The position numbers and the translations under genes were made by a program. A stretch of DNA of 64,000 bases from a virus. Lineage: Duplodnaviria; Caudoviricetes. Under the pieces are notes generated by a model. It did no database searches and was not told the DNA's origin. It saw only the letters and a program-made list of their open reading frames with translations. Position 1 is the first letter of the stretch. Each line of letters starts with the position of its first letter. Of the stretch, positions 1 to 9,038 are shown in pieces. The stretch is from positions 1 through 64,000 of the IMG/VR virus record IMGVR_UViG_3300042691_041259; one strand, written 5' to 3'.

Positions 1-327
1 GACTTGTGGAAAGTCAATACCTTCATTCTTTTTAGTTGCACGGTCACGGTTATCCTGTTTAGAGTAGTAGAAATCTACCAGCCACTTTGCACAGTCATAA
101 CCTGTTTTCTCTTTGATGTTTGCATAGTCCAACTTATAGTTAGGGCTAACATTGGTATGATATTCAGTCATAGCATCCACACCCAAGTCGTGGTCCAAAG
201 AAATGTTATCAATGTTTTCCAATCCAAGTTTTTGGACAGCTTCCACAAATTCTTCGTAAGTTCGAACAATTGTCCACGCATCCTCTACGGGAGTACGTAT
301 GTCATCTAAGTAAATGTTTGATTTCAT
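1..327 (-). CDS. Cyclic-phosphate-processing receiver-domain protein (cREC_REC-like), 3' end runs off the window; absent from the ORF track
   Basis: Manual translation from ATG at 327: MKSNIYLDDIRTPVEDAWTIVRTYEEF...ISLDHDLG...KTGYDCAKWL...FPQV. The LDDxR, SLDHDLG and TGYDxAKWL motifs match this family from memory. Confidence 0.75.
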   Translation of the reverse strand, partial: MKSNIYLDDIRTPVEDAWTIVRTYEEFVEAVQKLGLENIDNISLDHDLGVDAMTEYHTNVSPNYKLDYANIKEKTGYDCAKWLVDFYYSKQDNRDRATKKNEGIDFPQV

Positions 328-371
328 ATTAGTTTATATTACAAGTAAGAAAAAAGTTTTAGCGTATGTTA

Positions 372-950
372 TTACCATATTTGAAAACCTCCGCATTCTC
401 TTAAGAAACTGATGAACTTTTTGATGCGGCCTAGACTGGTAGAGTGCGCCGAGTATGCAATAGTTCCATCCTCGGTAATTACTGGGCGTGTTAACATTTG
501 CCCGTACTCAAATCCTTCGGTGATCTTATTGCCGATTGACGAGTGTATGAATGCGGAATTCTCATCAACCCAAGAACCCAAAACAATATAGATGCTATCA
601 TCGTCATCGGTAAGGTCAGGATTCTCAAGTATAAGCTGTGTGAGCTTTTCCGCCATCGCATCGGCAAGCGTATTGCAAGTCTCTTGGTCTTCAGGACCAG
701 CGCCATCATTGTAGCCAAAGCGGCTGGTGTCAATGCCAAGTCCTTTTTCCTCATTGACCGCTTCAATCAAAGAGGCAAGTGGACGCCAACCCCACCAACT
801 GTCCTGGTAGTAATCGCCTGGGTTTTCACGGTGCCAATTTCCACGATCTTTGAAGTAAGCATCGCGCTGTTCGTCTGTTGAGCTGTCCCAGTCAATCTCG
901 GGCTTTGTGCCACGCAATACTGGATTTCTTCCTGAGATATCTACTCCCAT
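372..950 (-). CDS. Hypothetical phage protein (192 aa)
   Basis: Long acidic ORF packed against its neighbours on the dominant strand; no motif recognised. Confidence 0.7.
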   Translation of the reverse strand: MGVDISGRNPVLRGTKPEIDWDSSTDEQRDAYFKDRGNWHRENPGDYYQDSWWGWRPLASLIEAVNEEKGLGIDTSRFGYNDGAGPEDQETCNTLADAMAEKLTQLILENPDLTDDDDSIYIVLGSWVDENSAFIHSSIGNKITEGFEYGQMLTRPVITEDGTIAYSAHSTSLGRIKKFISFLRECGGFQIW

Positions 951-951
951 G

Positions 952-1227
952 TTATTTAGATTTTTTGGTTGCTGGTGTAATTGCTACGACTTCTCCAAGA
1001 CTGTTCCATTCAATGGTAATTTCGTCAGTCAGCTGTGCGTCGCGTAGTTTGGCGCACAGTTCGTATTCTTCCAATTTGGCATGCTCTTCTTCCATCACTT
1101 TGAGCAACTGATTGAGCAGCTCGCCAAATTTTTCTGAGTGATTAGATTTTTTGATAGTCCTCTTCTCAGAGAGGCTAATTCCAAGGATTGCTTCTGGGGG
1201 CATGTTAGACAGTTTGTAATTGTTCAA
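952..1227 (-). CDS. Hypothetical protein with UvrB/UvrC (UVR)-like motif
   Basis: LLKVMEEEHAKLEEYELCAKLRD resembles the UVR pattern (A..E.YE.AA.LRD). Confidence 0.5.
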   Translation of the reverse strand: MNNYKLSNMPPEAILGISLSEKRTIKKSNHSEKFGELLNQLLKVMEEEHAKLEEYELCAKLRDAQLTDEITIEWNSLGEVVAITPATKKSK

Positions 1228-1432
1228 CTTCAGTTACTATTTTGTTGGTATGTAGATACCAAGTTCTACTAATAAAAGGCTTGCCATTGATGCGGCGGTC
1301 GCCTCCCCAAGAGCGGAAGATATCCGCGGAGGTTTCGCACCAAACGTTTTTACGTATTTGAACTTCAAGTTTTGCGGTTGGATCGAAATTGATTACCAAG
1401 CCGTCTTTTGATTTGAATGAACCTTGTACCAT
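1205..1432 (-). CDS. Hypothetical protein (75 aa)
   Basis: ATG lies just downstream of the class I promoter element at 1449-1507; overlaps the next gene. Confidence 0.6.
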   Translation of the reverse strand: MVQGSFKSKDGLVINFDPTAKLEVQIRKNVWCETSADIFRSWGGDRRINGKPFISRTWYLHTNKIVTEVEQLQTV

Positions 1433-1448
1433 ATCAGTTAATTGTATA

Positions 1449-1507
1449 GGATAAAAGTAATACTGTTGATTGTAAAGAGTTTACAATGATAAAGATAGTT
1501 ATTAACA
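1449..1507 (-). promoter_or_regulatory. Class I (putative early) bipartite promoter element
   Basis: Minus strand TGTTAATAACT, 33-nt spacer, then GTATTACTTTTATCC. Confidence 0.7.
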
Positions 1508-1510
1508 AAA

Positions 1511-1840
1511 TTACGCCAACTGCAGAAGAGTTGTAGTAGCACGAATTTTAGGAGTTGGAAGAGCCATACCGTTAGCCGAGTATGAACCTATTACATCCGC
1601 CTCGCGAAGTACAGCGCTTTTAGCAGAGAACTTTTCAATGATGTAAGTTTTACCTGCGCAGCGCGGATCATTGATTATTACGCGATCTCCAACCTTAACA
1701 GTGGAACGAACAGCATTGCGTTTCTGACGAACTCGATCGTTGATTTCATTTACCAAGAAAGAATTGAGTGATCGTAGATCGCTATCGCTAAGGGTTGAAA
1801 GGGATTTTGCTAAAGCTGATGTAAGTTCTGAATAATTCAT
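1511..1840 (-). CDS. Hypothetical protein (109 aa), possible SH3/KOW-like C-terminal half
   Basis: VKVGDRVIIND...YIIEKF segment; follows a class I promoter element. Confidence 0.6.
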   Translation of the reverse strand: MNYSELTSALAKSLSTLSDSDLRSLNSFLVNEINDRVRQKRNAVRSTVKVGDRVIINDPRCAGKTYIIEKFSAKSAVLREADVIGSYSANGMALPTPKIRATTTLLQLA

Positions 1841-1857
1841 ATTGTTTTAATTTGATA

Positions 1858-1916
1858 GTATAAAAATAATACAAAAAACCCAGAGATAAAAATCTCTGGG
1901 CCTAAAGTTATTAACA
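1858..1916 (-). promoter_or_regulatory. Class I bipartite promoter element with internal inverted repeat
   Basis: TGTTAATAACT-N33-GTATTATTTTTATAC; the spacer holds the cccagaga/tctctggg inverted repeat. Confidence 0.75.
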
Positions 1917-1925
1917 ATTTTACTG

Positions 1926-3869
1926 TTAATTGCCTTTTACAAATTCTCTCTTCTCCACTTTTCCATCCGCGGTTACAACTACCAAATATACACCATCAGG
2001 TAAATTGCTGATGTCAATACTTGATTGCGAGCTTGTATAATTGGTTGACAGAACATTGCTGCCTATTGAATTGTACACGCTTACAAATTTTTGTTCTCCA
2101 GCCATTTCATCTATAATGTTGATAAATGAGTTTGCCGGATTAGGAAAGATTGTGACTGCTTTGCTCTCTTCTATTTTTACTATAGGGCGAGTAATTTCTT
2201 CGGGTTTTGTATAAGCATTACGAAGAACCGCGCCTTGATTACTTACAACGCATTCATTCATCTCTTTAATAAAGATGTAACTTGCGCTACAGAAGTTTCC
2301 ACATGCCTGAGAAGTTCTCTTAATACGGTACCATGTAGAAATTAACAAAGTGGTATCAGTAAATGAGTCTCCACTCCCGGTTCTGATTAAGTTCCAGGAT
2401 TGTCCATCCGGAGATTCAAACAACTCCCATATTGAACAGCCCGAAACTGGCTGCTCATTTGTAGAATTAAATTGAAAAGTATAATCTCCTAATGTGGTTA
2501 ATTCATAATCAAAGCCTGGATTGATTACCGCGCTCATTCCTTGAAGACGTGCTATTAGTGGTCTTGGAGAACGTTGGTATCTGTCAGGCCATGCCATATA
2601 GTTTGTAAAAGCTCCACCCAAAAGGATTTCCCATTTGCCGTTTCCGTCTGGGCTATCCTGGATTGCCATGCATCGTCCTGCGCCCTGACCATAACTATTG
2701 ACTAGTACGCCATCCCAAGATACTAAGCCTCCAAGTCCTGCTCCAACATTATTGAGAATGAACTCGGGATTGATTATGCCATCATCAAAAGCAACTACTT
2801 TAGCAACAAATTTATCAACAGGGTTTGTTCCGATTGGTCGTTTAGAGCTTGCGCCCGCAAAGTTTCCGCAAGCTACCAATTGACAGTTGTAGTAACAGAG
2901 ATCTGCTATAGGCCCATTACAACCAGCATTGTATGTAGGATCAATTACCCATTCACCATTTGGTTGCACAGTAAATTTGGCGAGGCTCTTCAGCCCCTGC
3001 GCCGAACCGATAGAGGTGAAGGCCCCGCCAATGTATGCAATGTTTTCACCAGTTGAAATACCTGCGCAATCTTGTTCTGTTACAAATATTGCATCAAATA
3101 TTGTAGCGTTTGTAATTACATTGGTAAGTCCTACAATTGGTTTCAGAGTAAATGTACTCAAATCAACCGCAGCAAGACCTACGTAAGAATTACCGCCTAC
3201 TGTGTAGTTAATGTCGCCACCAATTAACAAGTTATTGGTGCCAGGGATGCGTCGGATAAATCGAATATCACCCACTGGCAGTGCTAGAGTTTGATAAGTT
3301 GCTCCAGTACTTCCGTTGCACGAAACCAATACTTGTGTTCCTGTTACGCCAAACGCGTAGTATAGTGTTCCTGTTGTTTCATCATAAAATCCCGCTTTTG
3401 AGACCTGAATCCAACTTGGGTAGGGGCAAAGAAAGTTTGGATCTATAGATCCATCAGCCTTTACCTTACTTACAAGTCGAATCCCAGCTTCGTTGGCGGT
3501 GCTACGTCCACCTACAAAGAAACATCCATTAGGCTTTCCATCAGGAGTTCTTTCAGGCTCAATATAGCATGTTGAATAATTTTTGCTCCAAGTTGACATA
3601 TGATTTGCCATGTATGTAGCATCTTCGTTTCCCAGCAAGTCAAACTTCCTAATTTTTGGAACGTTATTCATAGCGGAAAACCCAGCATAGACAGAGCCAT
3701 CGACTACTTCTATGCCAGCACAGTTGACATACCCTGCTGCCGAAAAGGGTATGCCGTTTAAATTTGGTTGGAATGTTGTATCCAACGAGGCAGCATACTG
3801 TGCGAACAGCTGGCTGCCGAGTAATAATAGCGCTGATATAAGAAGAGCGCCTTTTCTAAATAATTGCAT
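1926..3869 (-). CDS. Secreted beta-repeat protein with T9SS type A C-terminal sorting domain
   Basis: Signal peptide ending LFA-Q; delta-60-like turns (LDTTFQP, IDPNF, IDPTYN); C-terminus VTIFPNPANSFINI...VSVYNSIG...IDISNLPDGVYLVVV...REFVK is a typical type A CTD. Confidence 0.85.
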   Translation of the reverse strand: MQLFRKGALLISALLLLGSQLFAQYAASLDTTFQPNLNGIPFSAAGYVNCAGIEVVDGSVYAGFSAMNNVPKIRKFDLLGNEDATYMANHMSTWSKNYSTCYIEPERTPDGKPNGCFFVGGRSTANEAGIRLVSKVKADGSIDPNFLCPYPSWIQVSKAGFYDETTGTLYYAFGVTGTQVLVSCNGSTGATYQTLALPVGDIRFIRRIPGTNNLLIGGDINYTVGGNSYVGLAAVDLSTFTLKPIVGLTNVITNATIFDAIFVTEQDCAGISTGENIAYIGGAFTSIGSAQGLKSLAKFTVQPNGEWVIDPTYNAGCNGPIADLCYYNCQLVACGNFAGASSKRPIGTNPVDKFVAKVVAFDDGIINPEFILNNVGAGLGGLVSWDGVLVNSYGQGAGRCMAIQDSPDGNGKWEILLGGAFTNYMAWPDRYQRSPRPLIARLQGMSAVINPGFDYELTTLGDYTFQFNSTNEQPVSGCSIWELFESPDGQSWNLIRTGSGDSFTDTTLLISTWYRIKRTSQACGNFCSASYIFIKEMNECVVSNQGAVLRNAYTKPEEITRPIVKIEESKAVTIFPNPANSFINIIDEMAGEQKFVSVYNSIGSNVLSTNYTSSQSSIDISNLPDGVYLVVVTADGKVEKREFVKGN

Positions 3870-3889
3870 TTTGCTTTCTTTATTTTTGG

Positions 3890-4306
3890 TTATTGCATAT
3901 TTGTAGATATGCTAGTCGTTTGTTGCACTGAGTACATGTACGGAGAATTAGGAAAGGCCATCCAATCAAATAACTCAAAGAAACAGTAGAAGGATTTCGC
4001 CTCCTCAAAGTAAACAATGAAGTAATGAGGATCCATATTTAAGAGCTCTGATTTGTAAACTCCATCAAGTTTTTGATCAAAGAATAGTTCTGCGGATTCT
4101 TTACGTATTACAAAACGCAATGCCTCGTTCCAAACAAGCAAAGAATCTTCATAATTTTCCATTTGATAGTATTGATCCGTTCTAATTAAGTACTCACCAT
4201 CTGGAAATACATTAGTAAGATGCGGAGAAAGATAAAGCGTATACAGCTTTTGTGAATTCATCACGGATGACAATGTCATCAGTGCTAAAAGTAGCAATGT
4301 TCTCAT
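3890..4306 (-). CDS. Small secreted protein (138 aa)
   Basis: Signal peptide MRTLLLLALMTLSSVMNS-Q; sits between two T9SS-cargo genes. Confidence 0.65.
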   Translation of the reverse strand: MRTLLLLALMTLSSVMNSQKLYTLYLSPHLTNVFPDGEYLIRTDQYYQMENYEDSLLVWNEALRFVIRKESAELFFDQKLDGVYKSELLNMDPHYFIVYFEEAKSFYCFFELFDWMAFPNSPYMYSVQQTTSISTNMQ

Positions 4307-4323
4307 TCCTGGTTAAATTATTT

Positions 4324-6225
4324 TCAACGTACCAAACAAACACTTCCACGAAAAACGTGAATGAAATTAGTTTTGTCGGTCACATATATTAAGTACTCAT
4401 AAACATCAATTTGGCATTCAATTCCATCAATTGTACCATCCCATACAGGTGGTTCTTCAGAAGTTCTATCAAATATCTTAATTCCCCAACGGTCAAATAT
4501 CATCATTCTCACTTGTTTGTAGTGTGTGCCCATGCCTGCAAACAATCCATTTATTTGGTCTTCTGGATTTGGTGTAAAAGCATTTGGAACATAAAAACTA
4601 AATACCGGCTTTATTACAACTTCACCTTGAGAATATGCAACGCATCCATTTATATTTGTGGTTTGTAGAGTAATTGTATAGTTTCCCCACTGTCCATAGT
4701 TATGTACCGGGTTGGTTGCAGTACTGTAGTTTCCATCTCCAAAGTTCCATACATAATAGGTCCCTCCAGAAGAAAGATTTGTAAAAGTTACTTCAGGAGA
4801 TAGTTCATCAGTTTCCATTGGATCCAATATAAAACCTGAGGTAGGCGTAGGATACACCGTAATGACAGCCGACGCATTCTGGGTTGTTACACAGCCAGCC
4901 ACAGATGTTACAACTAGAGTTACAACATAAGTTCCTGGCGTTGCGTATGTATGGCTTGGATTCTGTTCCGCTGAATAAGTTCCATCACCAAAGTTCCAAT
5001 ACCATGAATAACCATTGGCTGAGGTGTTGTTAAAGTTTACTACCAGTGGCTGACATCCATTAGTGGCCGAAGGCTGAAATACTGATGTGGGCATTGGATT
5101 GACGCGAACCGTATGCACCACCATGTTTGAACATCCGCTTTCTGTTGTTACTGTCAAAACAACATTGTACAATCCAGGCATTGCATAGCTGTGAATGGGA
5201 TTGATTGCGGTTGATGATTGCCCATCGCCAAAGCTCCAATAATAACTTGCCACTATTGCATTTTGAACAGATACCGTGCTGGTAAATGTTACCGGGCTTC
5301 CATGGCAGACATCAAATGCGGTAAAATCCACATTAATGATTTCAGGAAGAAGCTCGGCAACTATTTCAGCCATGCATCCGCTGTAAGAAATAAGTTGACA
5401 AGTTACGTATTGGTTTGCTTGTGGATCTACAATAATACTTTGACCAGTATCGCCGGTACTCCAATTATAGTAGGCAAATCCAGGAGGTGCTGTTAGCGTA
5501 GCAAAATCATCGTCCACACAGTACTGAACATCAATTGTTAATGGCAAACATGATATACCATCAACGTAAGCATAACCATAGTGGCCTCCGAGAGCGCAAT
5601 CACCGGTCATGAATTCCAGAGTGATTGTTGTTCCTGCATAAAAAGACAGATCCACTCCTACAGTAGTCCAATTTTTGTAAGTGATATTGATAGTGTTTCC
5701 CTGAGAGTCAATTCCTGGGCAGGCCTGGAACCCAGGAAGATTTGACTCCGCAGTTACTCGATATTCTGTACATATCACAGTATCGCCATTTTCTAAAAGT
5801 ATGCGAGTTTGAAAGTTTGGCTGCTCCCAGTCTTCGTGACCAGGGTTTTCAAAAACAACCGCATATTCATAAAGCAATAAAGGGTTATCCGGATCTACAA
5901 AGAGATCAAAACGCAAGCCTTCTGCTTCTGCGCCAACATTAGAATTTCCTAAACGAGCTGAAAAGTTTCCACCGTTAGGTGAAACTACAGGGACTTGGCC
6001 ACAAGTATTAGGATCGGTTCCATTGCCCGACATAATTGTGTGCCTTCCTGGTATGATACCATTGTTTGGTAAGTCTATCGGGCAACACGTCCCGATGGTT
6101 CCTTGCCATCCTTGAAATGTTCCCGTTTCAAAATCGACATTTCCGCATTGAGCGGCTAACGGGTTGGATAGCAATAAGAAAACCGTATGCAAAATAATTG
6201 CAACGCACCACGAATAAATGTTCAT
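4324..6225 (-). CDS. PKD-domain protein with T9SS type B (gliding-motility-associated) C-terminal domain
   Basis: Signal peptide ending LAA-Q; three PKD repeats (WSFGDG, WNFGDG twice, HSY/HTY/HNY); C-terminal FYVPNAFTPN...IFDRWG..IF...WDG...Y.Y.I...G.V.LVR. Confidence 0.9.
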   Translation of the reverse strand: MNIYSWCVAIILHTVFLLLSNPLAAQCGNVDFETGTFQGWQGTIGTCCPIDLPNNGIIPGRHTIMSGNGTDPNTCGQVPVVSPNGGNFSARLGNSNVGAEAEGLRFDLFVDPDNPLLLYEYAVVFENPGHEDWEQPNFQTRILLENGDTVICTEYRVTAESNLPGFQACPGIDSQGNTINITYKNWTTVGVDLSFYAGTTITLEFMTGDCALGGHYGYAYVDGISCLPLTIDVQYCVDDDFATLTAPPGFAYYNWSTGDTGQSIIVDPQANQYVTCQLISYSGCMAEIVAELLPEIINVDFTAFDVCHGSPVTFTSTVSVQNAIVASYYWSFGDGQSSTAINPIHSYAMPGLYNVVLTVTTESGCSNMVVHTVRVNPMPTSVFQPSATNGCQPLVVNFNNTSANGYSWYWNFGDGTYSAEQNPSHTYATPGTYVVTLVVTSVAGCVTTQNASAVITVYPTPTSGFILDPMETDELSPEVTFTNLSSGGTYYVWNFGDGNYSTATNPVHNYGQWGNYTITLQTTNINGCVAYSQGEVVIKPVFSFYVPNAFTPNPEDQINGLFAGMGTHYKQVRMMIFDRWGIKIFDRTSEEPPVWDGTIDGIECQIDVYEYLIYVTDKTNFIHVFRGSVCLVR

Positions 6226-6291
6226 AGTTAAGCAAACTTCTTTTGAATAAGTAATTAAATATGAGTCTTATAGACTCTACAATGTTACAGT

Positions 6292-6300
6292 CTATATATC
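6292..6300 (-). promoter_or_regulatory. Class III (putative late) promoter GATATATAG
   Basis: Same 9-mer as upstream of the tape measure, sheath and neck genes; points toward 6225. Confidence 0.55.
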
Positions 6301-6337
6301 ACAGTGATTCTGGGCCGAGTGTGAATTTTACCCGTAG

Positions 6338-6346
6338 AATATATAG
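6338..6346 (+). promoter_or_regulatory. Class III (putative late) promoter AATATATAG, divergent copy
   Basis: Plus-strand variant upstream of the subtilase ATG at 6453. Confidence 0.5.
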
Positions 6347-6452
6347 AATGCGTAAACAAACCTCCACCCGAGGTTATACTTATATCTTTTTAATGCACTT
6401 TTATCTTGTGCAAAACCTACACTTTTTTCAACCTCAAAAAACAAAAAAACAA

Positions 6453-8717
6453 ATGAAAAAACTACTTGGCTTAGCCATTGCTTTGTTTGTCACATTCAGT
6501 TCCCTGGGACAGGACTATTCAAAGGAAGCAAATTATCACTATCTGCTTACGCCCAAACCGGGAAAGAAAGCAGATGACTTTAAATCCTTTATGGATCAAC
6601 CAGACGTAAAAATGCTCAAGCATCTAGACAAAGTAAATGTCTATATTGTAGAGCATAAAGGCGACCGTAAGAATTTTGAAAAGAGAGCAAAAGACTCTGG
6701 ACATTTTTCTATTGTTGAACGCGATAGCTTATACGAGGTTCAGCACGACTATATTCCAAATGATCCTCAATTTGCAGCGCAGTGGCATTGGAGAAGTTTA
6801 ACTGATAAAGATATTGATGCTGATGAGGCATGGGATCTTTTGCTACCATCAAACCAGCCAACAATAGTTGCTGTGTTGGATGGAGGAATTGAGCTTCTTC
6901 ACGAAGATCTCTTTTCTAACATTGTAACACCTTTTAACGCGGTAACTAATGCATATTCAAACGGTGAATTTGTAAATGCAGAAGACAAACATGGAACTGC
7001 TTGTAGCGGAGTTATTGCTGCAATTTCTAACAATTCAGTAGGCATCTCGGGTATTGGTAATAACAAAGTAAAAGTTATGCCTATCAATATCATGAGTGCT
7101 GTTAATGTAGGAGGATCGTTTTCAACTTCTTCACTGATACAAATAAACGCTGTTAACGCAGCAATTGCGCAAGGCTGTGCTGCTATTTCAATGTCATACG
7201 GAGGCAGCGGATATAGCGCAACTCTTGAGCAAGCATTTCAAACCGCAAAAACTCAAGCTCGTGGGGGAAAAGGTATGGTCATCTGCGCCTCTTCTGGTAA
7301 TGGGTCTTCAGGAACTGCACAACAATATCCTGCATGGTATTCTAACGTTTATGGGATTGGAGCTACTACATCAACAGACTTGAGATCATCTTTTAGCAAC
7401 TTTGGAAACATTGTTGATATCAGTGGTCCTGGTTCATCAATCCTTTCCACTGACAGAAATGGCGCAAACGGTTACAGCACGTCTTCAAACTACGCAAGCG
7501 TAAGCGGTACATCATTCAGTTGCCCATTGGTTGCTGGAGCAGCTGCATTGATTGCGTATCAAAATCCCAGTTTAACAGAAGCTCAAATTTGGCAAATACT
7601 TGCAACCACTGCTGAAAAGGTAGGTGGCTATACATATGCAAGTAATACAGCATGGCCTTTAAGTACGAGATGCCCAGAACTTGGATATGGCAGAGTTAAT
7701 TTAAAGTCTGCCATTCAAGCAGCGGGTGGAAGTACACCTCCACCCCCACCTCCGGTTGCTCATAATATCGTAATTACTAATTGCACTGTAAGCAATAATA
7801 CTCCTAACATTGGATCAACAGTTACTGTGTCAATTACTCAAGGAACCACGGCGCCAACTGCTTTGGCAGTTGCTCCAAAAGTTCAATATCGATTGTCAGT
7901 CGATAACTCATGGTCTAATGACGATATCATTCTAGGATCTGACACTTCTTTTATAGGTGGCGGAGTGACAAACCAAATTGAAACTCTTGCGTTCAATGTA
8001 GGAAATACAGCAGGAACACGTTACATTTTGTCAAGAGTTAATTTTGACGCCGCGGTTACAGAAACTTCATCAACCGACAATACTTGTTCCTTGATGATTA
8101 ACATTACAAATCCAGGAGCGAGCGGAACTGACGCGGAAGCTTTTTGGCTTCTACCATCGGTTACAACATGTAACAATTCAGTTAGTGTAGGCTACCGTTT
8201 TAAGAATGTTGGTTCAACTACAATTACTTCTATGACATGGAGATTGACTTGGGAAATTTGCCCTAACGGCGAACCAGGAATTCCTGCATATTACACTTGC
8301 ACAAACAATCTTAGTAGCTCAATGTTTGGAGGATTCAATATTGCGCCAGGCGCGCTTTCGCCTTCAACATACTATCAAGGTCTTTGCTTAATGAATTGCC
8401 CTGGAGCTACTAGCGGAACCACATATAATGTATTTCAAAATGGTCAAACCCGCTTAAGAAAGGTTGAAATTTTAACTGTCAATGGCGTGGCTGACGCTAA
8501 TGTGGCAAACAATTCTGATCTATTACCTATCACTAAAATTGCTTGTACTACTGCAAGCGTTGATGGAGTAGAACTCACAGAAGAACCGAAGATTAAGATC
8601 TTCACAATTACAGGAAGACCTTTGAGAGCAAAGACTATTGAAGAACTTCCAAGTGGAATGTATATCATTCACTTAATCTATAAAGATCGCACAGAAGTAA
8701 CAAAGTTTGCTAAGTAA
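6453..8717 (+). CDS. Secreted S8 (subtilisin-like) serine protease with a short T9SS-type-A-like C-terminus
   Basis: Start moved from 6261 to MKKLLGLAIALFVTFSSLG-Q. Catalytic triad motifs VAVLDGG, HGTACSG, GTSFSCP. CARDB/Ig-like tail. End IKIFTITGR...ELPSGMYIIHL...KFAK resembles a shortened CTD. The only convincing plus-strand gene in the window. Confidence 0.9.
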   Translation: MKKLLGLAIALFVTFSSLGQDYSKEANYHYLLTPKPGKKADDFKSFMDQPDVKMLKHLDKVNVYIVEHKGDRKNFEKRAKDSGHFSIVERDSLYEVQHDYIPNDPQFAAQWHWRSLTDKDIDADEAWDLLLPSNQPTIVAVLDGGIELLHEDLFSNIVTPFNAVTNAYSNGEFVNAEDKHGTACSGVIAAISNNSVGISGIGNNKVKVMPINIMSAVNVGGSFSTSSLIQINAVNAAIAQGCAAISMSYGGSGYSATLEQAFQTAKTQARGGKGMVICASSGNGSSGTAQQYPAWYSNVYGIGATTSTDLRSSFSNFGNIVDISGPGSSILSTDRNGANGYSTSSNYASVSGTSFSCPLVAGAAALIAYQNPSLTEAQIWQILATTAEKVGGYTYASNTAWPLSTRCPELGYGRVNLKSAIQAAGGSTPPPPPPVAHNIVITNCTVSNNTPNIGSTVTVSITQGTTAPTALAVAPKVQYRLSVDNSWSNDDIILGSDTSFIGGGVTNQIETLAFNVGNTAGTRYILSRVNFDAAVTETSSTDNTCSLMINITNPGASGTDAEAFWLLPSVTTCNNSVSVGYRFKNVGSTTITSMTWRLTWEICPNGEPGIPAYYTCTNNLSSSMFGGFNIAPGALSPSTYYQGLCLMNCPGATSGTTYNVFQNGQTRLRKVEILTVNGVADANVANNSDLLPITKIACTTASVDGVELTEEPKIKIFTITGRPLRAKTIEELPSGMYIIHLIYKDRTEVTKFAK

Positions 8718-8740
8718 GATTTTTATTTAAGAAAAGAAAG

Positions 8741-8762
8741 AGGGGGCGAAAGCCCCTTTTTA
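8741..8762. terminator. Intrinsic terminator between convergent genes
   Basis: ggggc-gaaa-gcccc hairpin followed by a T-tract, with an A-rich run on the other side. Confidence 0.8.
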
Positions 8763-9035
8763 TTGTGTAAACCAGTCGCTTAAAAAACTGTAAAGCCGAA
8801 GAGTGTTTGGCTTTGCTGCTTGATGCTGTTCGGTGTAAACCCAAGAGTTTTCACGGCTGTCCCTGACCGTTATTTCTCCATCAAGGAAAGAACAAAAGTC
8901 TTTAATACTAAAGACTTCCACGAGTTCATTCCACTGATCGTAGATTGCAATCCCGGTATCTTTGCTAACTGCCCACAGAACTGGGCCTTCAAAATTGAGC
9001 AGCGTTATGCTGTCGTTTGACTTTCTGTTGTTCAT
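8760..9035 (-). CDS. Hypothetical protein (91 aa)
   Basis: Starts 3 nt after the thyA stop. Confidence 0.6.
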   Translation of the reverse strand: MNNRKSNDSITLLNFEGPVLWAVSKDTGIAIYDQWNELVEVFSIKDFCSFLDGEITVRDSRENSWVYTEQHQAAKPNTLRLYSFLSDWFTQ

Positions 9036-9038
9036 ATT

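Noticed and set aside
4-309. Plus-strand 101-aa ORF in the track
   Set aside because: Shadow of the minus-strand receiver-domain gene, which has recognisable motifs.
6261-6452. 64-aa N-terminal extension of the subtilase
   Set aside because: Covers the divergent promoter region; the signal peptide starts at 6453.
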